DNA from: Myxococcota bacterium
Lineage (GTDB): Bacteria > Myxococcota_A > UBA796 > SXON01
Reading direction: 5' to 3'
Length of the DNA: 43,056 bases
Assembly: GCA_040386535.1 (NCBI GenBank)
Contig: JAZKFH010000007.1
Coordinates: 44,060-87,115, forward strand
Position numbers and translations under genes: made by a program. Below are positions 16,070-29,033 of this stretch, piece by piece (the first letter of the stretch is position 1; each line of letters starts with the position of its first letter). The notes under the pieces were generated by a model. The model was not told where the DNA came from. It saw only the letters and a program-made list of their open reading frames with translations, and ran no database searches.

Positions 16070-16985
16070 CGGGCTGCCCTCCGGGAACCCCCGTGAGGAT
16101 CACCTGCTCGAGCGGGGAGGCGTCCGCCTCGGCCTGCTGCGCGAGCCACTCCACCCACTCCGGCGGCGGCCGATCGACCAGCAGGATCTCGGCGCCGGCG
16201 AGGTGTACGGCCCCCACGAGGCCCGCGGCGTCGAGCCCCGCGGACCCGAGGTGCCGCGCCGGGACCAGCGTCTCGTCCTGGAAGAAGCCGGGGCCGTCGG
16301 GCAGCGCCACGGCCTCGCCGAGGGAGGCCGGGGGCGCGGCGAGCGCGTCCAGGGCGCGTCGTAACGCGCGTTGATCTTCGAACCGGTAGGAGCGTGCGCG
16401 ATCCCCCCAGACCGTGCCGGAGAGGGGGCCGCGCGCGAGCCGCCCGGAGAGGCCCCGGAGGAACGGGGTCATCCACACGGGGCGGTCGGCCCCGGCGATC
16501 GGAAACGCCTCGGCGCCGATCATGAAGCCGAGCGGATCGAGCGCCATCGCGTCGAGCGCCGGGCTGAAGCGCGCGCCGATCCGCACGGTGAGCTGCGCGC
16601 CCTCCGCGAGCGCGTCGATCAGGCGCCCGTCGCGCGCCGCGAGGCGACGCAACTTCCCGAACTGCGGGGGATCGAGCACGATGGTGAGCCCCACGGTCAG
16701 GAGGCCCTCAGCGCCGCGGTCGAGCAGGGCGCCGAGCCCGGGCGCCGACTCCCAGTGCGCCCCCTCGGGCAGGCCGTCGCCCAGCACCGTGGGGTTCACG
16801 CAGCCCCAGCGCGCCAACAACGCGCGCAACGCGTCGGCGTCCCACGCCGCGAAGGCGAGGTGGATCGCGTCCTGCAGCGCCATGAGCGCGCGCGGCGGCC
16901 CGTCGAACCGCGCGGCCCGGTCGAGCGACGCCTCGAAGCGGCGCAATCCCCCAAAACCCGCGACTTCGATCCGCTCGATGTGCAT
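16062..16985 (-). CDS. Degenerate ABC/SMC-type (AAA_21/RecF-like) ATPase homolog
   Basis: Starts MHIERIEVAGFGGL. The Walker A position reads DGPPRALMA, Walker B reads ILLVDRP, and the H-loop strand reads QVILTG. Confidence 0.6.
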   Translation of the reverse strand: MHIERIEVAGFGGLRRFEASLDRAARFDGPPRALMALQDAIHLAFAAWDADALRALLARWGCVNPTVLGDGLPEGAHWESAPGLGALLDRGAEGLLTVGLTIVLDPPQFGKLRRLAARDGRLIDALAEGAQLTVRIGARFSPALDAMALDPLGFMIGAEAFPIAGADRPVWMTPFLRGLSGRLARGPLSGTVWGDRARSYRFEDQRALRRALDALAAPPASLGEAVALPDGPGFFQDETLVPARHLGSAGLDAAGLVGAVHLAGAEILLVDRPPPEWVEWLAQQAEADASPLEQVILTGVPGGQPVG

Positions 16986-17063
16986 CCGGCGCCCTAACCC
17001 GGGCCGTGGGCGCACGTTGACAAGCAGCGGGACCCGCGCGGTGACGGGGAGATACGCTGCGGC

Positions 17064-17702
17064 GTGCTCCTCCTCCTCGCTGGCACCGCCTCTGCCGCCG
17101 TCCTCTTCGGAGGCGCGTGGTCCCCCGCCGGCATCGGCAGCTTCGCCTGGGACGACGCCGGGAAGTTCTCCGGCACGCTCGCCGGCGAGTTCGACGGCCT
17201 GCTGCGCCCGCCGCTCACCGCCCACGGCGGCTGGGTCGGCGCGCACGACGCCGTGCTCGGGAACGTCGCGCTGGTGCAGATCGACACCGCCCGCTTCGCG
17301 TCGAGCGACGCCCTCTCCGCGGTGGGCGGCGTGCGCCTCGGCGCCGACTACCGGCGCTACGTGTGGGCGCGCGAGCCGGGCGCGGTCAACCTGTACGGTG
17401 ACGTCGGCGCCTTCGGCATCATCCCCAACGCCGCCAACACGGACACCGCCTACACCGAGCAGGAGCAGGCCGACGCCGACGAGGGCGCCGCCTCCGATCG
17501 CGCGCGGGTCGGCGGGCTCGGCGCCCAGGGCGGCCTCGGGGCCGAGTACCTGTTCCCCGACGCGAAGGGCCGCCCCGCCGTGGCCCTCGGCGTGCGCTGG
17601 CTGGTGCGGGGCTACCGCGGCCAGGAGGGCGACGACGACGGCATCCGCGTCTCCACCATCGTGATGAGCGAGGCCGCGTTGGTCATCGAGTTCGTGCGGT
17701 AG
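17064..17702 (+). CDS. Probable outer-membrane beta-barrel protein
   Basis: Short signal peptide, alternating amphipathic strands (VRLGADYRRYV, GGLGAEYLF, ALGVRWLVRGY) and C-terminal ALVIEFVR. Confidence 0.65.
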   Translation: MLLLLAGTASAAVLFGGAWSPAGIGSFAWDDAGKFSGTLAGEFDGLLRPPLTAHGGWVGAHDAVLGNVALVQIDTARFASSDALSAVGGVRLGADYRRYVWAREPGAVNLYGDVGAFGIIPNAANTDTAYTEQEQADADEGAASDRARVGGLGAQGGLGAEYLFPDAKGRPAVALGVRWLVRGYRGQEGDDDGIRVSTIVMSEAALVIEFVR

Positions 17703-17739
17703 GGGCCGCCCGAGGCGGCGCCCACCCGTCCACGAGACA

Positions 17740-19374
17740 CTACGGCGTCGGCTCCGTCGCCCCTTCCTGGGCCGCGTTCTCCTTGGCCTTCTTCATCATC
17801 TCCTCCATCGTCATCGGGCGGCCCAGCGGCGCGGCCTCGACGGGAGGGGTGGCCTCGATGGGAGGGGCCGGCGCGTCTCCCGCACCCTCGATCGTCGGGG
17901 TTGCGGCGGCGTTCTCCTTCGCCTTGCGCATCATCTCCTCCATCGACATCGGGCCCGACGGCGCCGGCGTCTCCGAGGGGGTGGGCGTGCCGATCGCGGG
18001 CGTCTCGACGACGGGCGCCTCCGCCTTGCCCTCCCACGGGAACGGCTCGTAGAACGCCACGCCCTCCCGCAGGTTGAGCGGCCCCTTGGAGATCGTCGGC
18101 ACGTACATGATGACGACCAGCGCCGCGCAGATGATCGACAACGTCGGCACGATGGCCTTTGCCACGTCGATGAACGGCTGCCGGAAGATGGCCGCCGCCA
18201 CGAACAGGTTCGTCGCGACCGGAGGGGCGATGTACCCGATCTCCATGTTGACCACGAACACGATGCCGAAGTGAATCGGATCCATGCCGTAGTGGTTGAT
18301 GGCGACCGGCGCGAGGATGGGCGCGAACACGAGCGTGGCGGAGATGCTGTCCATCAGGGCGCCGAGCACGACGAGCACGACATTGACGAGCAGCATGAAC
18401 TGCCAGGCGTTCAGATCCGCGTTCTCCACCCAGTTGCGGATGACGCCGGGGGCGTCGATCTCGGCGAGGAAATCGTTGAGCCCGAACGCGAGGACCACGA
18501 TGAGGATGAGGCTGCCGATGAGCGTGGCGGCCTCGACCAGGATGGCGGGGACCTTGCTCCACGGCACGTCGCCGTGGATGCCGCACGTGACGAGCAGGCT
18601 CGCCGCGAACGCGACGGCGCCGGCCTCGGTGGGGGTGAACACGCCGCCGTAGATGCCGCCGAGCACGAGCGCCGGGAGCGTCAGCGCCCAGCCCGCGGCC
18701 TTGAGCGCGGTCCAGAGCGCGGCGCCGTCGAACGGCGAGCGCGACCCGGGCACCTTGAGGCCCACCCACACGGCGTACAACGCGAGCGAGCCCGCGATGA
18801 ACAGCGCGGGGACGATGCCCGCGAAGAAGAGCTCCGCCGGGTCGACCGCCGCGGAGCCCTGGACGCTGATCGCGTAGATCAACATCGAGATGGCGGGCGG
18901 GATCATGCAGCCCAGGCTGCCGGCGCTGGTGAGCAGGCCGACCGAGAACATCTTCGGGTAGCCGCTCTTCACGAGCGCGGGAAACATGACGCTGCCGACG
19001 GCCACGAGCGTGACCGGGGACGAGCCGCTGATGGCGGCGAACACGATGCACGCCACGACGGCCGCCACCGCGAGCCCGCCGGGCAACCAGCCCACGGCCG
19101 CGCGCGCGAGATCGGTGAGCCGCGTGGCGATGCCTCCGCGGGTCATGATCGAGCCGGACGCGATGAAGAACGGGATGGAGAGGAACACGTTCTTCGTCGT
19201 CAACGACTCGATCTTCGTCACGATGCGATCCAGCTGGATCAGCCCGTCGATGGCGGAGGTCACGTCGGTGAAGAGGAGGAAACACATCGCGGTCGCGACG
19301 CCCACCACCACGAACAGGCGCGCGCCGATCAGCGCGAGGCCCAGCATGACCGCGACGAGGAGGATCCAGCTCAC
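17740..19374 (-). CDS. dctM: TRAP transporter large permease DctM
   Basis: FLSIPFFIASGSIMTRGGIA, FAAISGSSP, AGSLGCMIPPA, GGIYGGVFTPTEAG and YGMDPIHFGIVFVVNMEIGYIAPP. GTG start overlaps the dctQ stop. Confidence 0.95.
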   Translation of the reverse strand: MSWILLVAVMLGLALIGARLFVVVGVATAMCFLLFTDVTSAIDGLIQLDRIVTKIESLTTKNVFLSIPFFIASGSIMTRGGIATRLTDLARAAVGWLPGGLAVAAVVACIVFAAISGSSPVTLVAVGSVMFPALVKSGYPKMFSVGLLTSAGSLGCMIPPAISMLIYAISVQGSAAVDPAELFFAGIVPALFIAGSLALYAVWVGLKVPGSRSPFDGAALWTALKAAGWALTLPALVLGGIYGGVFTPTEAGAVAFAASLLVTCGIHGDVPWSKVPAILVEAATLIGSLILIVVLAFGLNDFLAEIDAPGVIRNWVENADLNAWQFMLLVNVVLVVLGALMDSISATLVFAPILAPVAINHYGMDPIHFGIVFVVNMEIGYIAPPVATNLFVAAAIFRQPFIDVAKAIVPTLSIICAALVVIMYVPTISKGPLNLREGVAFYEPFPWEGKAEAPVVETPAIGTPTPSETPAPSGPMSMEEMMRKAKENAAATPTIEGAGDAPAPPIEATPPVEAAPLGRPMTMEEMMKKAKENAAQEGATEPTP

Positions 19375-20123
19375 GAGGGCTCCTCGGTGATGCCGAGCTG
19401 ATGGAGGGTGTCGTCGCCGCCGACCGCCACGCGGCCGGTCCACGTGCGGGCCGCCTCGAGCGAGAAGCGGAAGGCGAGGACCGCCATGCCGTAGGGGATG
19501 GACACGAACGCCATCCACTTGGGGAGGCCGGTGCCGGAGAGCGTGCCGGCCGCGCCGTCACTGTCGCGCCAGATGTCCAGGTGGCCGGGCACGTGCGAGC
19601 CGCCGAGGTCGAACCCGACCAGGGAGCGCACCGCCAGGAACAGGATGCCGACGCAGAAGGCGGCGGTGCACAGGTGGCCCACGGCGGCGACCTTGCCCGC
19701 GACCGAGGCGGGCCAGAGCTTGCTGCCGATGTCGAGCGCGAGGTGGCGCCGGGCGTGGGCCGCGAGGGAGGCGCCCATCGTGCCGAGCCAGAGGGTCAGG
19801 GCGAGCGCGAGCGTCTGCGACCAGACGAGGCCGTTCGGCAGCACCCACACGAACGCGACTTGCGCGATCGCGAGGCCCACGCCCACGCCCAGCCCCTTCG
19901 GGAGCGGCTGCGGCACCCCGCGGGTGCGGAACGCCAGCGTGGCGACGACGGCCCCCAGGATCGTGACGACCACGGGGTTGTTGAGCGGGCTGCCCGTGCG
20001 CGTGCTGACGCGGTGGGCCACGTCGAGGAACACGACGAGGCCCATCACCGAGAGGAGCGCGGCGACGACGAAGCGCTCCGCGCGGACGATGAGGTCGTCC
20101 AGCCGCTCGAGGCGCTCGATCAC
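19371..20123 (-). CDS. dctQ: TRAP transporter small permease DctQ (with a two-TM insertion)
   Basis: WSQTLALALTLWLGTMGASLAAHARRHLALD motif; lies between dctP and dctM. Confidence 0.88.
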   Translation of the reverse strand: MIERLERLDDLIVRAERFVVAALLSVMGLVVFLDVAHRVSTRTGSPLNNPVVVTILGAVVATLAFRTRGVPQPLPKGLGVGVGLAIAQVAFVWVLPNGLVWSQTLALALTLWLGTMGASLAAHARRHLALDIGSKLWPASVAGKVAAVGHLCTAAFCVGILFLAVRSLVGFDLGGSHVPGHLDIWRDSDGAAGTLSGTGLPKWMAFVSIPYGMAVLAFRFSLEAARTWTGRVAVGGDDTLHQLGITEEPS

Positions 20124-21145
20124 CGTGCGCCTGCCCGGTAGGCCTCGATGCCCTTCGTGATCTGCGCCAGGAGCGCCTTCTCGCCGGCGGACGCCTTCGC
20201 CATGTACGCGTCACGGGCGGCCTTGGCGGGCACCTCGAACGCGGCGAGCTCGGCGGCCGAGGGCTTGTAGACGGTCACCTTCATCTCGGACAGGTTCTGC
20301 ACGAGGATGGGGTTGAGCGCGCGGATCTCCTTGCGCATCTTCGGCGCGAGGCCCGTGCGCGACTTGAGGAGGATCGCCTGGAGATCGGCGGGGAGCGCGT
20401 CGAACCAGGCCTTGTTGAAGGCGATCGCGGCGGGCTGGTAGATGTGGTTCGTCAGCGTCAGGTACTTGGTGGCCGAGGTCCACTGGGCCGCGAACGCGAA
20501 CAGCGGCGTGTTGTCCCAGCCGTCGATCACGCCGGTCTGCATCGAGGTGAGCACCTCGGTGACCGGGATCGGCACGGGCGAGGCGCCGAAGGAGCGGTAC
20601 ATCTGGAGGTGGAGCTCGTGCTCCTGGGACCGCATCTTGTGGCCCTTCAGGTCCGCCGGCGACTTGACCGGGCCCCAGTTGCTGCCGAACGCGCGGTAGC
20701 CGTTCTCGCTCCAGAACCCGAACACGAGCCCCTTGTCGCGGAAGGCCTTCTCCACCGTGGGGAGGATCACCTTGTCGAGCACGTAGTCGGCCTCTTCGGC
20801 GGACTTGAACAGGTAGGGGAGCTCGAGCACCGCGAGCTCGGGCACGATCGAGGCGATGGCGCCGGTCGACGCGCCGACGCCCTGGATCTGGCCGCGCTGG
20901 CATGCCTGGACGGACTCGTTCTCGTCTCCCAGCACGCCGCCGAGGAAGGTGCGCACCACGAGCCGCTTGTTGCCCTCGGTTTCGACCTGCGTCTTGAGCT
21001 GGGTGAGGCCGTCCGCCCAGGGCGTGCCTTCGGGCGCGACCGTGGCGATCTTCAGCGTCGCCACTTCCTGCGCATCCGCCGAAGGGAGCGCGAGGAGAAA
21101 GGCGGCGGCGGCGGCGAGCGGAAGGAACGTGCGGAACAGGCGCAT
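20120..21145 (-). CDS. dctP: TRAP transporter substrate-binding protein DctP
   Basis: Signal peptide; LKIATVAPEGTPW, GGVLGDE, LELPYLF, ENGYR, DLKGHKMR and GASPVPIP...MQTGVIDG. Confidence 0.93.
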   Translation of the reverse strand: MRLFRTFLPLAAAAAFLLALPSADAQEVATLKIATVAPEGTPWADGLTQLKTQVETEGNKRLVVRTFLGGVLGDENESVQACQRGQIQGVGASTGAIASIVPELAVLELPYLFKSAEEADYVLDKVILPTVEKAFRDKGLVFGFWSENGYRAFGSNWGPVKSPADLKGHKMRSQEHELHLQMYRSFGASPVPIPVTEVLTSMQTGVIDGWDNTPLFAFAAQWTSATKYLTLTNHIYQPAAIAFNKAWFDALPADLQAILLKSRTGLAPKMRKEIRALNPILVQNLSEMKVTVYKPSAAELAAFEVPAKAARDAYMAKASAGEKALLAQITKGIEAYRAGAR

Positions 21146-21277
21146 GGAAACCTCGGGCGCCCTTCTACCACGAACAGGGCTGCACTTTCATTCAGGCGGT
21201 GCGGGCCTGGCGACGCTCGGGGGCCTTGCCCCAACGCGCGTGCTGCGATAGTCGGGCGCCCCTTTAGGGTCGAGGCG

Positions 21278-21724
21278 ATGAACATCATCCCGGATCTGTG
21301 GTTGGTCATCTGGCTGATGATCCCTTTCCTGGTCCTCGTGACCGGGCTCCACTTCATCCTCTACAAGCCCATGCTCGCCTACCTGGACGCCCGCGCGGAC
21401 GCGACGGTCGGCGCCCGCAAGGAGGCCGAGGCGCTCCAGGCCAAGGCCACCGCCCGGCTCGCCGAGTGGGAAGCCGCGCTCGCCAAGGCCCGCCTGGAGG
21501 TCACCGAGTTCCGTGCCGGCCGCCGCGCCGCCGCGCAGGGCCAGTACGCCCGGGTCGTGGCGGACGCGCGTGCCGCCGCCGAGGCACACATCGGCCAGGC
21601 CATCGCCGTCATCCGCACCGAGGCCGACACCGCCCGCACGGAGCTCGACGCCACGTCGCGCGCCCTGTCCCGCGAGGTCGCCACCCAGGTGCTCGGGCGC
21701 CCGCTCCCCCAGCTGGAGGCGTGA
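21278..21724 (+). CDS. atpF': ATP synthase F0 subunit b'
   Basis: N-terminal TM helix, LYKPMLAYLDAR, Ala/Glu coiled coil and QVLGR end; first gene of the atp cluster. Confidence 0.85.
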   Translation: MNIIPDLWLVIWLMIPFLVLVTGLHFILYKPMLAYLDARADATVGARKEAEALQAKATARLAEWEAALAKARLEVTEFRAGRRAAAQGQYARVVADARAAAEAHIGQAIAVIRTEADTARTELDATSRALSREVATQVLGRPLPQLEA

Positions 21725-22317
21725 TGCACTCGCTCCTCGTGAACCTTCTCCTTCTGCACACGCCGGCGCTGGCCTCCGAGCCCGCCGCCGCCCACGGCGC
21801 CGCCGCGGCGGGTCACGAAGCCCACGGCGTCCCGTGGGACCTGATCACGCTCCAGGCCGTCAACGTCCTCATCTTCGGCGCCCTCCTCGTGTGGCTCGCC
21901 CGCGGCCCCGTCCGGGACGCCCTGAAGAACCGCTCGCTCGCCGTCCGCAAGCAGCTCGAGGACTCCGCGACCCTCAAGGCAGCCGCCGCCGCGACGAACG
22001 CCGACATCGAGGCCCGCCTCCTCTCGCTCGACCGCCGCGTCGAGGAGATGAAGGCCGAGGCCGCGGCCGAAGCCGACCGTGAGGCGACCAAGATCGCCGA
22101 GCGCGCCCAGGCCGATGCCGTGCGCATCCAGGACACGGCCGAGCGCACCATCCGCGAAGAGTCGACGCGCGCCCGCAACGAGCTCCGCGGAGAGGCCGCC
22201 CGCCTCGCCGTCGCGCTCGCCCGCGAGACGCTGAAGCGCTCCGTGACCCCCGATGACCAGGATCGGCTCGCCCGCGAGTTCCTCGCGGCGGTCGAGAAGG
22301 AGACGCCCAATGGTTGA
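21724..22317 (+). CDS. atpF: ATP synthase F0 subunit b
   Basis: His-rich N-terminus, QAVNVLIFGALLVWLARGPV, coiled coil and DDQDRLAREF. Confidence 0.9.
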   Translation: MHSLLVNLLLLHTPALASEPAAAHGAAAAGHEAHGVPWDLITLQAVNVLIFGALLVWLARGPVRDALKNRSLAVRKQLEDSATLKAAAAATNADIEARLLSLDRRVEEMKAEAAAEADREATKIAERAQADAVRIQDTAERTIREESTRARNELRGEAARLAVALARETLKRSVTPDDQDRLAREFLAAVEKETPNG

Positions 22318-22861
22318 GGGATCCCTCTCGCGTCGCTACGCGAAGTCGATGCTCGAGATCGGCCGTGAAGAAGGCCAGGTCGACCGCTTCGGCGACGATC
22401 TGCAGCGCTTCTCCCGCCTCATCGAGGGCACGCCCGAGCTCGCCAACGTGATGTCGAACCCGGTGTTCACGCAGGCCGAGCGCCGCGCGGTGCTCGACCG
22501 GTTCATCCCCGGGCTCGCGCTCCACCCGATCACGATCAACTTCCTGCGGCTCCTGCTCGACAAGGACCGCTTCGCCGCGCTCACGGGCATCGTCCGCGAG
22601 TACCGCGCGCTCTCCGACACCGAGGCCGGCCGCGTCCGCGCCACGGTCACCACCGCCACCGAGCTCACGCCGGTGATGCGAGAAGCCGTCAACCGCGCGC
22701 TCGCGCAGACCACCGGCAAGAAGGTGGTCCTCGAGTCCCGCGTCGATCCCTCCCTGCTCGGTGGTCTGGTGGCCCAGGTCGGTGGCCGCGTCTACGACGC
22801 GTCGCTGCGGACCCGCCTCGAACGCCTCCAGCTCACCCTCGTCAACCCTTCCCAGGCCTGA
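22310..22861 (+). CDS. atpH: ATP synthase F1 subunit delta
   Basis: [20 protein letters not shown] and [26 protein letters not shown]. Confidence 0.96.
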   Translation: MVEGSLSRRYAKSMLEIGREEGQVDRFGDDLQRFSRLIEGTPELANVMSNPVFTQAERRAVLDRFIPGLALHPITINFLRLLLDKDRFAALTGIVREYRALSDTEAGRVRATVTTATELTPVMREAVNRALAQTTGKKVVLESRVDPSLLGGLVAQVGGRVYDASLRTRLERLQLTLVNPSQA

Positions 22862-22895
22862 CCCCAGGCGGGTACCGCCCGCCAGAGAGGAACCC

Positions 22896-24416
<1,521 letters not shown>

Positions 24417-24451
24417 GTCGCCTTCGGGCACAAGGCAGGTAGGAGACTCCC

Positions 24452-26799
<2,348 letters not shown>

Positions 26800-26802
26800 C
26801 CC

Positions 26803-27078
26803 ATGTCCTCCTCGAGCCCCACCGACCTCCACGTCGAGATCGTCACGCCGCGCAAGGTCGCCTGGAAGGGCACGGCGCTCGACGTGCAAGCGCCCGGTGA
26901 GCTCGGCGAGTTCGGCGTGCTGCCGCGGCACATCCCCTTCCTCACCGTGCTCGCGCCCGGTGTGGTGAAGGTGCGCACCGCCGCGGGCCTGCTGCGCTTC
27001 CAGGTCGGCGCCGGCTTCGCCGAAGCGGGCCCGGACCGCGTGGTGCTGCTCACGGACAGCTGCGACGAGATCAAGTAG
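26803..27078 (+). CDS. atpC: ATP synthase F1 subunit epsilon (short form, beta-sandwich only)
   Basis: LHVEIVTP, PGELGEFGVLPRHIPFLTVL and GFAEAGPDRVVLL; ends at 91 aa. Confidence 0.93.
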   Translation: MSSSSPTDLHVEIVTPRKVAWKGTALDVQAPGELGEFGVLPRHIPFLTVLAPGVVKVRTAAGLLRFQVGAGFAEAGPDRVVLLTDSCDEIK

Positions 27079-27107
27079 GTCCCGTCGCCCAGGCTCCCAG
27101 GCCCGTA

Positions 27108-27150
27108 GCGAGGCCCATCTCCGCGAGGGGGTGGGCCTCGCCGCGTTTTT
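27108..27150 (+). terminator. Probable intrinsic terminator of the atp operon
   Basis: Stem gcgaggcccatctcc / gggggtgggcctcgc (with G-U pairs), GCGA loop, followed by cgcgttttt. Confidence 0.7.
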
Positions 27151-27163
27151 GCGTGGTTGGGTG

Positions 27164-27199
27164 TCTTGGGGCGGGGGTCCCCCCCGCAACGCCCCGGAG
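27164..27199. repeat. Short G/C-run palindromic repeat (family B), copy 2, inverted relative to copy 1
   Basis: tcttggggcgggggtcccccccgcaacgccccggag matches the reverse complement of 10807-10852 with an internal deletion. Confidence 0.7.
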
Positions 27200-27234
27200 G
27201 CACGCAGCGGTGAGCGCTGGGATAAAGCTCGTCG

Positions 27235-27777
27235 ATGCTCGCCTTCGTCCTCCTCCTCCTCGGCGGCTGCGGTGCGGCCCCGAACATCATGATTTCCCCC
27301 GACGAGCCGCCCGACGAGGCCTGTGACGGCCCCTCCGGCGGCGCGCCCGCGAGCGACTTCGCGGCTGACCTGGAGCCCTCGGGCTGCCAGTACCTCCTCA
27401 CCGCGTTCGACGAGTACGCCCGGCTCACGCTCGACGTGCCCGCGTTCGCCGAGGCCGTGGTCGAGGGCACCGCCGCCGCCACCTACACGCTCCCCGACGA
27501 CGTGGTGCGGCTCACCGTCGAGCTCGGCTGCAACATGGACGAGCGGTTGTGCGCGGAGGGCGGCAGCCCCTCGATCACCCAGACGTTCACCCCGACGGCG
27601 GGCACCATCACCGCTACCGTGACGCGCGACGAGGCGAGCGGCACGCCCGACGGCGGCTACCAGTCGCTCGCCACCCTGACGCTCGAGGGGGTCACGCTCG
27701 AAGACGAGGACGGCGCCTCGGTCACGATGGACACCATCACCTGGACGGACGTGCGGCTGTTCGGGATCGACGACTGA
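27235..27777 (+). CDS. Hypothetical lipoprotein, paralog family P copy 1
   Basis: LGGC lipobox; motifs DFAxDLEPSGCQY, TYTLPDD, VExGC and TWTDV shared with 28479 and 29034. Confidence 0.82.
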   Translation: MLAFVLLLLGGCGAAPNIMISPDEPPDEACDGPSGGAPASDFAADLEPSGCQYLLTAFDEYARLTLDVPAFAEAVVEGTAAATYTLPDDVVRLTVELGCNMDERLCAEGGSPSITQTFTPTAGTITATVTRDEASGTPDGGYQSLATLTLEGVTLEDEDGASVTMDTITWTDVRLFGIDD

Positions 27778-27868
27778 CGAGGGGCGGTTCGTGCAGAGCC
27801 CGTGCAGGTTCTGCGGGGTTCTCCTGCCGCGCACCACGCGCCCACCGCCCACCCGATAGCGATCTCCC

Positions 27869-28456
27869 ATGCTCCTCCTCCTCCTCGGCCTCGCCACCGC
27901 GGCCCCTCCCGCGGCGCCCGCGCTCCAGCCCGGCGACCTCGTGTTCCACCGCTCCACGAGCCGCCAGAGCGAGGCCATCGCCCGCGCTACCCACAGCCCG
28001 CTCACCCACGTGGGCGTGGTGTTGGAGCACGAGGGCACCCTCCAGGTGTTCGAGGCGGTGCAACCAGTGGGGTGGGCCCCCGTGGACGTGTGGATCGCGC
28101 GCGGCGCCCCCGACACGTTGCAGGTCAAGCGCCTCCGCGACGCCGACGCCGTGCTCGTTCCCGCCACGCTCGCCCGTATGGCCGCGCTCGCCGCCACGTG
28201 GGAAGGTCGCTCCTACGACGCCGCGTTCGCCTGGTCGGACGAGCAGCTGTACTGCTCCGAGCTCGTCCACAAGCTCTATGCGCGGGCCGCCTCCGTCGAG
28301 CTCGGCGCCCTCCAACGGCTCGTCGACTTCGACCTCGCCGACCCGGTTGTCGCGACGGCCCTGCGCGGCCGCTACGGCGATCGCCCTCCGCTGCAGGAGG
28401 TGGTGCTCTCGCCGGCGGCGCTGGCGGCGGACCCACGGTTGGTCGAGGTCCGGTGA
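27869..28456 (+). CDS. YiiX/YebB-like permuted papain-fold (N1pC/P60) hydrolase
   Basis: LQPGDLVFH, QSEAIARATHSPLTHVG (His), VFEAVQPV, YDAAF and LYCSELV (Cys). Confidence 0.92.
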   Translation: MLLLLLGLATAAPPAAPALQPGDLVFHRSTSRQSEAIARATHSPLTHVGVVLEHEGTLQVFEAVQPVGWAPVDVWIARGAPDTLQVKRLRDADAVLVPATLARMAALAATWEGRSYDAAFAWSDEQLYCSELVHKLYARAASVELGALQRLVDFDLADPVVATALRGRYGDRPPLQEVVLSPAALAADPRLVEVR

Positions 28457-28478
28457 AAAAGCGGTGCTAAAGTCCGGC

Positions 28479-29003
28479 ATGCGCTTCCTCCTCGTCTCCC
28501 TTCTCGTCGGCTGTGCGGTGCTCGGTAGCGACAGCCACGGCGAGGACGGCATCGACACCGGGGATTCCAGCTGCAGCGGGGACTGGTCGGAGATCCCCTC
28601 CGACTTCGCCGAGGATCTCGGGCCCGACGGCTGCCAGTACCGGGTCGCCGGGATGGGGGACGGGCTGCGGCTCGTGTTCGACGCGCCCGTGTTCGGGGCC
28701 GCCCTCACCGACGGCGCCGCCACCGCCACCTACACCCTCCCGGACGACCAGGCGCGCCTGACCGTCGAGCAGGGCTGCGACCTGGACGCCGGCTGGTGCG
28801 GGGCGGACGGCAGCGCCTCTGTCTTCACCACCTACACGGCCACGGGCGGCACCGTCACCGCGTCCGCGGGCGAGGACTTCAACGGCGATGTGCTCGCCAC
28901 CATCACCTTCGAGGGCGTCACCTTCGAGAACGACGACGGCACGGTCCTCGCCATGGATCCGCTCACCTGGACCGACGTGCTGCTCTACGGAATCGAGGAC
29001 TGA
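28479..29003 (+). CDS. Hypothetical lipoprotein, paralog family P copy 2
   Basis: ATG 28479, LVGC lipobox, same conserved motifs as copy 1. Confidence 0.82.
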   Translation: MRFLLVSLLVGCAVLGSDSHGEDGIDTGDSSCSGDWSEIPSDFAEDLGPDGCQYRVAGMGDGLRLVFDAPVFGAALTDGAATATYTLPDDQARLTVEQGCDLDAGWCGADGSASVFTTYTATGGTVTASAGEDFNGDVLATITFEGVTFENDDGTVLAMDPLTWTDVLLYGIED

Positions 29004-29033
29004 CCTCCGAGAAACTGGTGGTAGGGTTTCCCC

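Noticed and set aside
17017..17022. Perfect TTGACA -35 hexamer
   Set aside because: The nearest -10-like box (TACGCT, 17053) is 30 bp away, which is incompatible spacing.
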